This document shows, piece after piece, positions 9,224-19,939 of a stretch of DNA of 64,000 bases; the first letter of the stretch is position 1; each line of letters opens with the position of its first letter. Made by a program: the position numbers and the translations under genes. The notes below the pieces were generated by a model. The model had not been told where the DNA came from. It made no database searches and was given only the letters and a program-made list of their open reading frames with translations. The DNA lies in the IMG/VR virus record IMGVR_UViG_3300043446_004437, positions 62,001 through 126,000 of that record; one strand, written 5' to 3'.

Positions 9224-9799
9224 ATGCAGCAAAACCATAAAAACTCTATATTATCAAGCATACTAGTTGCAATATTCTTATCATCTGGCATTGGCGCTTT
9301 ATTGGCCCAGCCAGTAGAGGAACCTCCCAGTACCCTTTGGGTACAACAAGCACCTGACCTACTTGATATTAGAGATAAAACTGAACCCATTGCGTTCAAA
9401 CATGGAGATATATCCTGGCTTCCACAATTAGCCGAACAGGCTGGTTGGCCACGTAAAACGTGGAAGAAGCTAGGTACAATTATTCTCCGTGAATCTGGTG
9501 GATGCCCCAACCGAGTTGGTGGATCTATAGTTGATGCTAATTGCAACATCACAGGACATACTGGTGCAACCAATAAGTCCGATTCAGGATTGTTGCAAAT
9601 CAATGGCGTCAACTGGGATCCTAAAAGATCAGGTAGACAAATACTGTGTGCAGATTATAAAATTTGTACACAAGAACAGCTACTTGATCCATTAACCAAC
9701 CTTAAAGCTGGATACATACTGTATCAAAAAGCTGGTTGGGATCCTTGGGACCCATGTGCATGGGGACCACAATATGCACACAAATGTAATGATTCTTAA
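9224..9799 (+). CDS. secreted lytic transglycosylase / lysozyme-like protein
   Basis: Signal peptide, RESGG catalytic Glu motif, DSGLLQIN motif, GW.PW C-terminus. Confidence 0.85.
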   Translation: MQQNHKNSILSSILVAIFLSSGIGALLAQPVEEPPSTLWVQQAPDLLDIRDKTEPIAFKHGDISWLPQLAEQAGWPRKTWKKLGTIILRESGGCPNRVGGSIVDANCNITGHTGATNKSDSGLLQINGVNWDPKRSGRQILCADYKICTQEQLLDPLTNLKAGYILYQKAGWDPWDPCAWGPQYAHKCNDS

Positions 9800-9822
9800 A
9801 TAATTAATTATTTAATTATGTA

Positions 9823-9856
9823 GGAATAAGACGGGGGGCCTTGTGCCCCCCTTTTT
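9823..9856 (+). promoter_or_regulatory. GGAATAAGACGG motif overlapping a GGGGGGC-CTTGT-GCCCCCC-T6 terminator
   Basis: Motif variant directly upstream of the putative RNAP gene. Confidence 0.5.
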
Positions 9857-9923
9857 AATTAACACAAAACACACTTTTTTTTGCTAACCCAAAAGTATAG
9901 CAAAAACTAAACCAGAAGGGGAT

Positions 9924-12557
9924 ATGAACATGCCAACATTCAAGCCAGCTTTACGCTTGCACACAATGCACAACGGTCCGTTGCGCAGCATTAACGATTA
10001 TCAATTTGGGTTCTATGATGTAGGCTTTGCTCGCCAAGCACTACAATATCTTAACTCTGTTGAAGATGTTGAGAACCCAATCTTTAAGATGGCTACCATG
10101 CCAATTCCAACCAGCAAGGCTGAAGCAAAGATTGCAGAAGCCTACATTCGGAACCCAAACATCTGCTATTCTGTAGTAGACAAAAACAAAATTGTTCTCG
10201 TACAGATTAAAGGCAACGACGGTTGGCTTGATGTGTACAAGAAGCTTGGTTATGAAATTCTCAGCGGTGACAAAACAGCAAAGCGTTTGAAGACTTTTCA
10301 TCGCGCAGCTTTGCTCAACGCACATTTCGAAAAGCATGAAATCAATGTTAAGATTGTTAATTCAGACGAATATTCATCTTGGTCATATGAAGATCCATCT
10401 GTAGTTGAATGGATTCGCAATGAATATCCTAACGTAGATGTTACAGATCCTAAAGTCATTGAGCGTTTGCTTGACGGTGGTTTCGTAATTTCTCGCAAAT
10501 TCATTCAGCGAGCAGTAGAGAACCTTCCTGTTTACGAACCACACAAAACGCTCGACACAAAAGAATATTATTATGACTGGCGTGTCCGCAAAAACTTCAT
10601 TAAAGATATGATGGAATGTTCAATCTTCAATACTCGTATTGTATTTGAACTTGGCTTTCTTAAAGGCAATGCCATCGTATCAGACAACATGCCAGAAGGC
10701 ATAGACGTCATCACTAGTCGAGCCAACATCAAGAACGAAATCAAGTATCACAATGGTTTCAAGTTTCTTGCAGAACCAGTTGGCTCATATGAATCAGTTC
10801 TTACTGACACTCAAACTGTAATCAATTTGCCAAAATTGTTTCCGCTCAACGATCTTGAATACTGGCTTGATGAAGAGTACAAAAAGATCTTTGATCTTGC
10901 CACATCCGACAAACTTTTGACCAACTGGCGTGCAGTTTACAAGCGTCAGTTTCGCAAAATACATGAGGCGGAAGACGAAGAAGCTTATGCTCGCATGAAC
11001 TATGTCGGTTACCGTTGGCGTAAGTTGGGCATGAAAATTACTGATTCGCCATGGCTCTTTGAAACTTTGGCAATCAGTCATGCCCGACCCTTTGCCGACT
11101 CTTCCAAGCCTCGTATCCCAATTCCATGCGCAATTAGCGAGCAGGTTATTCCTGAGTCGCTTTCTCGCATGGCAGGCTATGACGTAGAAGTAGACATGGG
11201 CAAGATCCGCCGCATCGAAGAACTTGGAGTGCACGTCGTTAGCGACCTTGACTGGCTCGAGATGTATGAATCTCATGGCGGTCATGACGAGGACGACTAC
11301 TTCAAGCTGTTCTATCGCACCATGCGTGGTGGAGAATATGATGGCAAGAAAGTTGTCATCATATGTCGTTCTCCAAATGATCTTGGCGAGTATTCAATCT
11401 TTGAATACACTGAAGGTGACTGGTATCCAACTTGGACTAACTCTCAAGGTATTCCTTTAGAGTTTCCAGAAGTAAACGGACGGGATTGGCCTAAGCGTTT
11501 GAGCAAAGCCATCTATGATGGCGATATCTCATATGCTGGTCTCCCATCCAAATCTTTGCCCAAAAAGAAGTTTGAACCAGCACCGTATTCTCCAGACGAT
11601 GTTATTCGAGACATGAACATTGCAATGGCCGGCGGTCAAATCGGTGGATATGTAAATGCTTGCATGCTGCATTCATCTGTTATTCACCGCCACCGACCAG
11701 TGCAGCTGTGTACTTTGGAGACTGCTCTCGACAAATGCATCAACCCAGACTCTGTCGAAGATGTAATCGCAATTGATGCAGAAGCTCGATCCATCGTACG
11801 CCAAATCATTCAGTCTAAAACTCCGATTGACCAATTTGTTTGGTCAACTCGTGGTTCTTCTAGACTGCTCGAAGCAGATGATGAACTCATCCTTGATGAC
11901 AATGGCAAGCTTACAATGATTTCTAAACTTTGTTACGACAAGTTTGCTGAGCACTGTGCGCGTGTTCGTGAATGGTCGCAGGCTAATGCCCGCCCATCTG
12001 ACGAACGCATCGCACAACTTGGTAACAGTCAACTGCAAATGTTTTATCACGCCCTGCCCATTGTCAACCAATTCCGCTCAGGTATTTGGTCTATCAATAC
12101 ATCTGAAGCAACTGCAGAAAATGGCAACATTGTTCGTAACTCATGGGAATATCTCTATTCAAAGCAAGTTGACATCATCAACTCGTTTGAACTTGAATCA
12201 GATCGTCATGACTTTGTACTTGCATTGTATCAAGTCTGCTTGACTGTTCCAACCAAAGGTGGCAAAATCACGGATCATTATATGATGAACCGTTTTGTTT
12301 ATCCTTATTTGGAAGCAGCATTGCAGTATTATGGCATTGGCCGATCTGTCAGCTTCTTTTCCGATGAAGAAGGTGAAGTAAAGATTGTTGAATCCATTGT
12401 TACCGAATGGAAGTTTACCGATCCAGATGGTAACACTACAATCTTTAACGATCCCGTTGAGTTTCAACAAGCTCAATCCATTTATTCTAAAGTTGAATTT
12501 GTTACAAATTCTGCTTCGTTACTTCCAAACGAAACTCGTTTAACTTCAAAATACTAA
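9924..12557 (+). CDS. putative single-subunit two-barrel (YonO/cellular RdRP-like) RNA polymerase
   Basis: LLDGGFVIS, R..G.LKG.A.V...ANIK, GGHDEDD (DxDGD-like) and CRSP motifs. Confidence 0.65.
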   Translation: MNMPTFKPALRLHTMHNGPLRSINDYQFGFYDVGFARQALQYLNSVEDVENPIFKMATMPIPTSKAEAKIAEAYIRNPNICYSVVDKNKIVLVQIKGNDGWLDVYKKLGYEILSGDKTAKRLKTFHRAALLNAHFEKHEINVKIVNSDEYSSWSYEDPSVVEWIRNEYPNVDVTDPKVIERLLDGGFVISRKFIQRAVENLPVYEPHKTLDTKEYYYDWRVRKNFIKDMMECSIFNTRIVFELGFLKGNAIVSDNMPEGIDVITSRANIKNEIKYHNGFKFLAEPVGSYESVLTDTQTVINLPKLFPLNDLEYWLDEEYKKIFDLATSDKLLTNWRAVYKRQFRKIHEAEDEEAYARMNYVGYRWRKLGMKITDSPWLFETLAISHARPFADSSKPRIPIPCAISEQVIPESLSRMAGYDVEVDMGKIRRIEELGVHVVSDLDWLEMYESHGGHDEDDYFKLFYRTMRGGEYDGKKVVIICRSPNDLGEYSIFEYTEGDWYPTWTNSQGIPLEFPEVNGRDWPKRLSKAIYDGDISYAGLPSKSLPKKKFEPAPYSPDDVIRDMNIAMAGGQIGGYVNACMLHSSVIHRHRPVQLCTLETALDKCINPDSVEDVIAIDAEARSIVRQIIQSKTPIDQFVWSTRGSSRLLEADDELILDDNGKLTMISKLCYDKFAEHCARVREWSQANARPSDERIAQLGNSQLQMFYHALPIVNQFRSGIWSINTSEATAENGNIVRNSWEYLYSKQVDIINSFELESDRHDFVLALYQVCLTVPTKGGKITDHYMMNRFVYPYLEAALQYYGIGRSVSFFSDEEGEVKIVESIVTEWKFTDPDGNTTIFNDPVEFQQAQSIYSKVEFVTNSASLLPNETRLTSKY

Positions 12558-12566
12558 GGAGACAAT

Positions 12567-12797
12567 ATGAAGATCGCATCCAAACTTGGAAAGTATACAG
12601 CTAAATTCTTTCGTTTTATGAAACGCAAAGAAACAAGAGCAGCGTGGCTTACAGCCGAATGGGCTGTTAGCACACTTGCTTTTGCTACAACAATTTATGC
12701 TTTACTTTTGATTGGTGCACCATTGTCAGCACTGTTATTTTTAGCAGTGTATGGTTATGGCACCTATGCCTTATTCTCATTTATTACTGCTAAATAG
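12567..12797 (+). CDS. membrane protein
   Basis: TAAGGAG RBS, two TM helices. Confidence 0.75.
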   Translation: MKIASKLGKYTAKFFRFMKRKETRAAWLTAEWAVSTLAFATTIYALLLIGAPLSALLFLAVYGYGTYALFSFITAK

Positions 12798-12807
12798 AAG
12801 GTACCGC

Positions 12808-13428
12808 ATGTCTAATGTAGCAAGCAATACCGAAAAAATGTATTTATATTTAGAACAGTTTTGTAAAGAACCACGAGAAGAAGTACAAAATATTAAAAGT
12901 TCGTTTGAACAATATTATTCTTTGTCTGGACGTCAACCTTACAGACCAAAACTTATTTTGTTTGATAATTTTCAAAACAAAAAGTTTGGTATATCGTCAA
13001 GACAGTATGATAATCAGGACGACTTTTTTGTTTCTATATCAGAAATGCTGTTTTCTTATTCAGCTTTTCACGCTGGTTCTTGCATTATGGTATTAGATTC
13101 ATCTAGCACTAGTTATGAAGATTCATCTGGTTCACTCATTACATATTTTGCTTCAGAAGATTCTGCAGCAGTTCTTAACCAAGAATATAAATATGTTGAC
13201 GACACAACCATTCAATGGCGCACATCAGATGAAGGATATAAAGAAATAGATATCAAAACTGGAGATGCTACAAATAAAATTGTTGAAATGTTATTTGTTT
13301 ATACTCATTTAGAATCTCCACCATTTACATCATCAGAACTTCTTTCATATTATTCTATGAAGAATTATTCTTTTAGATCATTTAAAGATCTACAAACAAC
13401 ATACCTTGATTACAGCTTTAAAGATTAA
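12808..13428 (+). CDS. hypothetical protein
   Basis: ATG at 12808 after the upstream stop. Confidence 0.75.
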   Translation: MSNVASNTEKMYLYLEQFCKEPREEVQNIKSSFEQYYSLSGRQPYRPKLILFDNFQNKKFGISSRQYDNQDDFFVSISEMLFSYSAFHAGSCIMVLDSSSTSYEDSSGSLITYFASEDSAAVLNQEYKYVDDTTIQWRTSDEGYKEIDIKTGDATNKIVEMLFVYTHLESPPFTSSELLSYYSMKNYSFRSFKDLQTTYLDYSFKD

Positions 13429-13599
13429 TTATGAATACTAAAAAATATAAAAATAATGTAAATAAAAATAATAAAAAAATTTGTTATATATCTGACAAAT
13501 CAGTTCTAATATCTACTATCATTAATGAAAATGAAGATGATGAAGTAGATCAACTGATGCAAACACACAAACAATTCCATTGGATGGAGTCTTATTAAA

Positions 13600-15279
13600 A
13601 TGACTTTAACTTTGCGTCCTTATCAAAAAGAAGCACTTGAAGCAATACAAACAAACATTGATAAAGGTATTGTTAAGCAGCTCGTTGTGCTTCCAACAGG
13701 CGCAGGTAAAACTGTAATTTTTAGTAATATTCCTCAGACTATAAAAGATAGTCTACCAATGCTCGTATTGGCACATCGTGGAGAATTACTCAACCAGGCC
13801 AAAGATAAAATTCTTTGGTCTAATCCTCAACTCGATGTTCAAATAGAAAAAGCTGAAGACACAGCTGATTTATGTGATGTTGTTGTTGCATCAGTACCCA
13901 CACTGGGTAGAGCTGATTCTCAAAGAATATTAAAATATCCTAAAGATTATTTTAAAACTATTATTATTGATGAAGCACACCATGCTGCAGCAGAAACTTA
14001 TCGAAGAATAGTAGATTACTTTACTCCTAACTTTTTATTGGGAGTAACTGCTACTCCACAAAGATCTGATTCTGTAAGATTGACTGATGTATTTCAGGAA
14101 ATAACATACTATAAAACAATACAAGATTTAATACAAGAAGGATACTTGTGTAGACTTGTTGGTTATAGAATCACAACAGAAACAGATATTTCGGAAGTGG
14201 AGACATCACATGGCGACTACATGGCGTCCCAATTGGAAGATGCTATTAACAATACTGCTCGTAACACTTTGGTTGTTAAATCGTATCTTGAGTTTGCTCA
14301 AGACAAAAAAGCAGTCGTATTTGCATCCGGAATCAAACATGCAGCAGACTTGGCCGCATCCTTTGCGAAAAAGCAAATACCTGTACGAGTAATACTTGGT
14401 GATACACCAGATGATGAGAGAGCCCAGACTTTAACTGATTTTGCTTCTGGCAAAATAAAAGTCATAGTTAACGTAGGTGTTCTTACAGAAGGTTTTGACG
14501 AACCATCAATAGGCGCAATTATACTTGCTCGACCTACACGATCAACATTATTGTATACCCAAATTGTTGGTCGTGGCACGCGTCTATATAAAGGCAAAGA
14601 ACATTGTATTATTATAGACATAGCCGATACTACAAAAGGCAAGAAACCTTTAGGCTTACCAACACTCTTAGGTATGCCACCTGAATTTGATCTTAAAGGT
14701 GGAGACCTTGTTGATATAGCTGAAAAGTATAAAGAACTAGAAGACTATTGTCCTGGTGAAGCTATTCGTGTTCTATCTTTAGAAGACATAGAATTAGCTT
14801 ACAAACGCATAGATCTATTTATGCCACCACCACCTAATGAAGTAGTGCAGACATATTCTAGATTTGTTTGGGCAGAAGTAGCCGAAAATGATTTTCATTT
14901 AGGCGTCAACGAAAACGAATCTCTAAGAATACATATTGATGCACTTGGTAGATGGACTACCACTTTAAAGCAAAGATCTTCTACCGGATCTATTGACACC
15001 ATTCTTGGTCATCCTGAAGACATGCGCGAAGCGTTCGTTAGAACTGACCGATGGATAGTTAATCATAGATCCCATAACTTGAATCTTATTGATAACACCG
15101 CTGCTTGGAGATCTGATGCTCCAACAGACAAACAACAAAAAATGTTAAAAAGAATAGGTGTTCCTGTAACGTCAGACATGACTAAAGGAACAGCTAGCCA
15201 AATTATATCTAAATATTATGAAGCTAATCCTAAACCTAAATGGTTACAAAATAAAATAGCTTCAAAAAAATGGAGTTAA
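13600..15279 (+). CDS. superfamily 2 DEAD/DEAH-like (Irc3/SSL2-type) helicase
   Basis: LRPYQ, PTGAGKT, IIDEAHH, TAT, LTEGFD, QIVGRGTR. Confidence 0.95.
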   Translation: MTLTLRPYQKEALEAIQTNIDKGIVKQLVVLPTGAGKTVIFSNIPQTIKDSLPMLVLAHRGELLNQAKDKILWSNPQLDVQIEKAEDTADLCDVVVASVPTLGRADSQRILKYPKDYFKTIIIDEAHHAAAETYRRIVDYFTPNFLLGVTATPQRSDSVRLTDVFQEITYYKTIQDLIQEGYLCRLVGYRITTETDISEVETSHGDYMASQLEDAINNTARNTLVVKSYLEFAQDKKAVVFASGIKHAADLAASFAKKQIPVRVILGDTPDDERAQTLTDFASGKIKVIVNVGVLTEGFDEPSIGAIILARPTRSTLLYTQIVGRGTRLYKGKEHCIIIDIADTTKGKKPLGLPTLLGMPPEFDLKGGDLVDIAEKYKELEDYCPGEAIRVLSLEDIELAYKRIDLFMPPPPNEVVQTYSRFVWAEVAENDFHLGVNENESLRIHIDALGRWTTTLKQRSSTGSIDTILGHPEDMREAFVRTDRWIVNHRSHNLNLIDNTAAWRSDAPTDKQQKMLKRIGVPVTSDMTKGTASQIISKYYEANPKPKWLQNKIASKKWS

Positions 15280-15297
15280 TCTGATATACTTATATCA

Positions 15298-15756
15298 ATG
15301 GACAGATTTGATATTAAGCATCCGCAGGTAACTCCTGAAAAATACATACTTAACAAATCAGATAAAAGAATTAATTATTTAAAAGGTTTATACATACCTG
15401 CTGATCCTGTTGAAACAGTAAAAATTATTTATTCTGATCCTAAAAATGCAATACATGATTGTATTGGCGAACAAGATACAATAACAGTTGTTCCCTTGCA
15501 TTCGCGATACCACATGTATTTAGATTTGTTAAATTATATTGATCCTGATTCAATTAATATAATTGCAACTAAATTATATAGAATGTGTTTTTCTAATAAT
15601 ATTGGAAGAAACACATCCGAAATAATACATGGTCCAGTTTTAATTTATGGCACAACAATAGATTTATCTACATCTAAATATAAAGATTGTTCTGTACCTT
15701 ACGAAGTTGTAGAACAATGTTTTAGATTATATGAAAGTTATTGTTATGAACTATAA
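15298..15756 (+). CDS. hypothetical protein
   Basis: 152-aa ORF in operon context. Confidence 0.7.
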   Translation: MDRFDIKHPQVTPEKYILNKSDKRINYLKGLYIPADPVETVKIIYSDPKNAIHDCIGEQDTITVVPLHSRYHMYLDLLNYIDPDSINIIATKLYRMCFSNNIGRNTSEIIHGPVLIYGTTIDLSTSKYKDCSVPYEVVEQCFRLYESYCYEL

Positions 15757-16012
15757 GTTACAACAAAACCCTGGGGATTGTAAAAACCCAGTAAGTAAAC
15801 AAGGAAAAAATATGTTAAGCGTAGTAATAGGCAATGACATTAAAGATATAGAAAAACTTAATACTGTTATTAATACTTTAGAACAAACAAAAGTTTCTGA
15901 CCAGAATCAATCTGTTGAAGAAGCTATTGATTGGCTGAAAGATATTCATACAATTCTAACTGATAGAACATTTGGTCAAGAATTATATGATCCATCTGAA
16001 ATAACAGACTAA
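15731..16012 (+). CDS. hypothetical protein (start uncertain)
   Basis: ORF ending just before tRNA-Leu. Confidence 0.6.
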   Translation: MKVIVMNYKLQQNPGDCKNPVSKQGKNMLSVVIGNDIKDIEKLNTVINTLEQTKVSDQNQSVEEAIDWLKDIHTILTDRTFGQELYDPSEITD

Positions 16013-16018
16013 CTGTCT

Positions 16019-16105
16019 GCCCAGGTGGCGGAATTGGTAGACGCAAGGGGCTTAAACCCCCTCGCTATGTGAAATAGCGTACGGGTTCGATTCCCGTCTT
16101 GGGCA
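16019..16105 (+). tRNA. trnL: tRNA-Leu(TAA)
   Basis: GCCCAGG/CTTGGGC acceptor, AGGGG-CTTAAAC-CCCCT arm, long variable arm. Confidence 0.95.
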
Positions 16106-16122
16106 CAATACAAAGGATTTTT

Positions 16123-17568
16123 ATGCGGAATAAAAATTTTGTATACAAGTTTCTGTTATCAGCAACTCTGTTGTCAGCATTACTTGTTAACACAAAAAAT
16201 ACTACAGTTCTAGCTGGAGATGTTGCACCTGCAACTACTACAGTAAAGTTCTACAGAAAGACAACTAATGTTGTTCTTCCAGCTTTAGGAACTGTTGGAC
16301 CAAAAATTGGTATTGATACAGCATACAACAATAACTATCGAGGCCAAGACACTTACATTGTTTTGTTAGATACTGGCATAGAATCATCTCATCCATTTTT
16401 TGGTGGAAGAGTTGCACTTGAAGCATGCTTTACCGCAAGATGCCCTAATGGACAGACTTCTATGGTTGGACCAGGAGCTGCTGCACCTGTTCACTGGCAT
16501 GGTACTCATACTGCAGGAATTGCAGCTGGTGCTAATTCTTCTATTCGTGGAATTGCACCCAGTGCAAAAATTATTGCAGTCAACGTATTTGCATTAGACG
16601 GTTCCGCATCAGATGCCGATTTAATTAGAGCATTACAATGGGTTGATTCAATATCTAACGATTATAATATTGTTGCAGTCAACATGTCTTTAGGCACACC
16701 TGGAACATTTAGATCATCATGCAATTCTTATATTCCTGATCTTACTGCAATTATCTCAACGCTAAAGTCCAAAAATATTGCAACCGTTGTATCTGCTGGC
16801 AACGAAGGCCAAGTTGGCATGAGTTCACCAGCATGTATTACAGATACTGTCAGTGTTGCAGCAACATACTTTTTGGCCGATGGTAGTGACAGAGTTACAA
16901 GCTTTAGTAACGTAAATGAATTGACAGATTTATCTGCTCCAGGATACAACATTGTATCTTCTAAACTCATGGGCTCATATGGTTCCTCTTCAGGAACTTC
17001 AATGTCTGCCCCAATGGTTGCTGGAGCTTTTGCAGTCTATCGTTCTAAGTTTGGCTCACAGCCAGTTGATAAAGTTGTTTCTGATTTTCAATCTACCGGC
17101 ATAAATGCTAAAGATGATTATAGTGGAATTGTTACAAAAAGAATAGATTTTAAATCTATGTTTGCTGGCGGTGGTACAACACCAACACCAACTACCACAA
17201 TTCCAGTCACAACAACAACTGTACCTGGTTCAACAACAACCACTACCGTTCCTTCTGATGAAGATGACGAATCAGAAGATTATTTGAATATTCCTTATAT
17301 TATATCATTAAAGAAATATTCAACAAGATTGTCATATATCCAACTTGATTTTACTTATCGATACACTAACATACCTGTATCTAAATTTATTTTAAGATGC
17401 AGATATACAGATGGTAAAATAGTTGATAAGACAATACCCAACAGAAATAGAACAACTAATTTTTATTTAGTTTCTATTTCTTCTGTTAATATTCGCTCAT
17501 GTAGAATGGCCGCTGTTTCCACTTCTGAAACAATAGGTACATTTTCAAAATATATATTGGTAAAATAA
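16123..17568 (+). CDS. secreted S8 (subtilisin-like) serine peptidase with Thr-rich linker
   Basis: LLDTG, HGTHTAG and GTSMSAP catalytic triad; signal peptide. Confidence 0.95.
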   Translation: MRNKNFVYKFLLSATLLSALLVNTKNTTVLAGDVAPATTTVKFYRKTTNVVLPALGTVGPKIGIDTAYNNNYRGQDTYIVLLDTGIESSHPFFGGRVALEACFTARCPNGQTSMVGPGAAAPVHWHGTHTAGIAAGANSSIRGIAPSAKIIAVNVFALDGSASDADLIRALQWVDSISNDYNIVAVNMSLGTPGTFRSSCNSYIPDLTAIISTLKSKNIATVVSAGNEGQVGMSSPACITDTVSVAATYFLADGSDRVTSFSNVNELTDLSAPGYNIVSSKLMGSYGSSSGTSMSAPMVAGAFAVYRSKFGSQPVDKVVSDFQSTGINAKDDYSGIVTKRIDFKSMFAGGGTTPTPTTTIPVTTTTVPGSTTTTTVPSDEDDESEDYLNIPYIISLKKYSTRLSYIQLDFTYRYTNIPVSKFILRCRYTDGKIVDKTIPNRNRTTNFYLVSISSVNIRSCRMAAVSTSETIGTFSKYILVK

Positions 17569-17650
17569 TATGACTATATTATCCGCAATTGGAATGTTAA
17601 TAGGTATATTAATTTTTATTATTATATTTTTTACTTAACAATGGAGCTTT

Positions 17651-17965
17651 ATGCATTGGTTTGATTCTGCATTATGCAAGGGGTTAACACATATCTTTTT
17701 TGCAAAAGATTCTGAAAGACCACAAGCTACAATAAAGCGCGAGGCAATAGCTCAAAGCGTTTGTAACCAATGTGAAGTTTTTGAACAATGCAGAACATAT
17801 GCTAGAACTCACGGTGAAATAGGATATTGGGCCGGCGAAAATGAATATGATAGATATCTTTTGGGCTTTATGCCCAAAGGTGGTTTTGGTCCAATTACCA
17901 GATCCGTTAGTGCTTACGCAAAAAGAAAACAACAATTACTTAAAAAGGAAATAACAACATCATGA
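17651..17965 (+). CDS. whiB: WhiB-family protein #2
   Basis: W...ALC...FF...C..C.V..QC and GYWAG. Confidence 0.9.
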   Translation: MHWFDSALCKGLTHIFFAKDSERPQATIKREAIAQSVCNQCEVFEQCRTYARTHGEIGYWAGENEYDRYLLGFMPKGGFGPITRSVSAYAKRKQQLLKKEITTS

Positions 17966-18204
17966 ATAACAAAAAGAAAATTGATTCTAAAATCAACAAC
18001 ATTAAAGATCATCTTGCAGAAATTATTTACAGCAGAAGAATTAAGCTTGGTTATTCACAACAAGCTTTAGCTGATCTTTGCGATGTTGATCGCAAGACAA
18101 TTAATCGTATTGAGAATGGACATTTCTCTCCAAACCTTGATACACTGGTACGTATCTTTGCTGCATTAGATATTAAAGCAAAGACTGTATTCGAAACTAA
18201 CTAA
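17962..18204 (+). CDS. XRE-family HTH regulator
   Basis: SQQALADLCDVDRKTINRIENG..SPNLDTL. Confidence 0.92.
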   Translation: MNNKKKIDSKINNIKDHLAEIIYSRRIKLGYSQQALADLCDVDRKTINRIENGHFSPNLDTLVRIFAALDIKAKTVFETN

Positions 18205-18339
18205 GGAATAAAAATGAAAAAGATTATCTTTTGTCCTGAGTGGCAAAGTTATGTAGCGGCTGCGACTTCGTAATGACTTGGTTTGATTGGATAAGATTAG
18301 TATTAGCTATTCCAGTAGGTTTAGCTTTTGTTGGATTAG

Positions 18340-18831
18340 TTGCAATCTTATTGGATGACATTAAACGCAACAAATAAAATGACAACTAAATTTTATTCTC
18401 GCTTTGTAGTAGATCCATATCTTGATTATCAATCTATTGATTACTCAGATGTATCTAAAAGTGATTATTCATTTTTAGCTGTTGCTACAAAGTTAGCCGC
18501 AACATCTGACAATAGATTTCGCGTTGGAGCATTAGTAGTAAAATCTGGTAGAGTGTTTGGTGGTAGTGCAAACATAACTAAGAAATCACCAAGTACTCCA
18601 CCAAATAGATTTTCTACTCATGCAGAAATTGCAGCTTTGAGAATAGCTTCACAAACACAAGACGCTACTTTATATGTTTCCAGACTTAGTTCTACTGATA
18701 CACCAGCACTTGCTAAACCATGTGCTTGGTGTATACAAGAGATACTTGAATCCGGAATATACAGAGTAGTGTATACTGTTAGTGATAAAATATCTAAATA
18801 TTTTTATACATCTAATTTAGTTTGGAATTGA
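18340..18831 (+). CDS. zinc-dependent cytidine/dCMP deaminase-family protein
   Basis: HAE...PCxxC. Confidence 0.9.
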   Translation: MQSYWMTLNATNKMTTKFYSRFVVDPYLDYQSIDYSDVSKSDYSFLAVATKLAATSDNRFRVGALVVKSGRVFGGSANITKKSPSTPPNRFSTHAEIAALRIASQTQDATLYVSRLSSTDTPALAKPCAWCIQEILESGIYRVVYTVSDKISKYFYTSNLVWN

Positions 18832-18837
18832 TTCCAA

Positions 18838-18910
18838 TGGCGAGTAGCTCAGTTGGCAGAGCAAGGGACTGTTAATCCCTGGGTCGCAGGTTCGAGCCCT
18901 GCCTCGCCAG
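18838..18910 (+). tRNA. trnN: tRNA-Asn(GTT)
   Basis: TGGCGAG/CTCGCCA acceptor, loop CTGTTAA. Confidence 0.95.
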
Positions 18911-19079
18911 CTATGAAAAATTTTATTTATACTTCAATATTGTTTCCAGGTTCTTTTGAACCTGATCTACGCCCTATGATTATTCTTGTAGTTATTATGA
19001 TATCTTCCATATATTATGTTATTAAAAAAAATTGGAATGATATTAAAGACGATTTTAATTCCGATTGGGAATGATTTAA

Positions 19080-19152
19080 GCGCCTTTAGCTCAGCCGGTA
19101 GAGCACCGGACTTTTAATCCGTTGGTCCTGGGTTCGACCCCCAGAGGGCGCA
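19080..19152 (+). tRNA. trnK: tRNA-Lys(TTT)
   Basis: GCGCCTT/AGGGCGC acceptor, loop CTTTTAA. Confidence 0.95.
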
Positions 19153-19219
19153 CTGGATATAAGAAATAAAAACATACAGTGATATGTATTTCTAGTCCAA
19201 TTTTTAACAAAGGAAAAAA

Positions 19220-19939
19220 ATGAAAAACAAATTTAAATTGTGGTTATTATTGCCTGCATTATTTGCCTCATCTTTTTATTTTTCAGATAGAGCATTAGCC
19301 CAGGATAATGAACCTATCTTAATTCAGATCAGTGATACTGAAATTGGCACTGAAGCATTTGAGCAATTAATTCAATACGGTAATGGCGGTCATGCTGCCA
19401 TGGGCACATTGCTTGGCGAAGGTCAAGGAATGGAAACTAATCCAGGTATTGGATTTAGTATTGGTTCTGGCGGTAATGGTTATCGTCCATCAATTATTAT
19501 TGCCGTTTGGACTGATCAACCTTTTGATACTACTGCTGCTTTGGCAACTATTAAAGCACATTTAAATGTTCCAACTAATCCTGTAACAACAAATGGTGAT
19601 TGCGCCATTGCTTGTGACGGAACTTATCAAGAAACAACAACAACTATTGCTGTTTCTCAACCTGACCCTATTGTTCAATCTGCCCCAGATCCAGAACCAC
19701 AGCCCACTTCTCAACCTGAATCAGTTTCTGTAGTTGTCGAAACTACAACAACTACAACTATTCCAGTAGAAGAAATGTATAGTTATCAATATACACTTGA
19801 GCCAACATTGTTATTTACTGCTCCTGTTCAACAAGCAATTGTTAAACCTGTTCAGAAAATAGCAACTAAAAAAGTTATCAACAATAGGAGCAAACGTGCC
19901 ACCATTAAAACAGCAAAAAAAAGCAGCAGTAAAAGATAG
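19220..19939 (+). CDS. secreted Thr/Pro-rich protein with basic tail
   Basis: Signal peptide, AAGGA RBS. Confidence 0.8.
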   Translation: MKNKFKLWLLLPALFASSFYFSDRALAQDNEPILIQISDTEIGTEAFEQLIQYGNGGHAAMGTLLGEGQGMETNPGIGFSIGSGGNGYRPSIIIAVWTDQPFDTTAALATIKAHLNVPTNPVTTNGDCAIACDGTYQETTTTIAVSQPDPIVQSAPDPEPQPTSQPESVSVVVETTTTTTIPVEEMYSYQYTLEPTLLFTAPVQQAIVKPVQKIATKKVINNRSKRATIKTAKKSSSKR

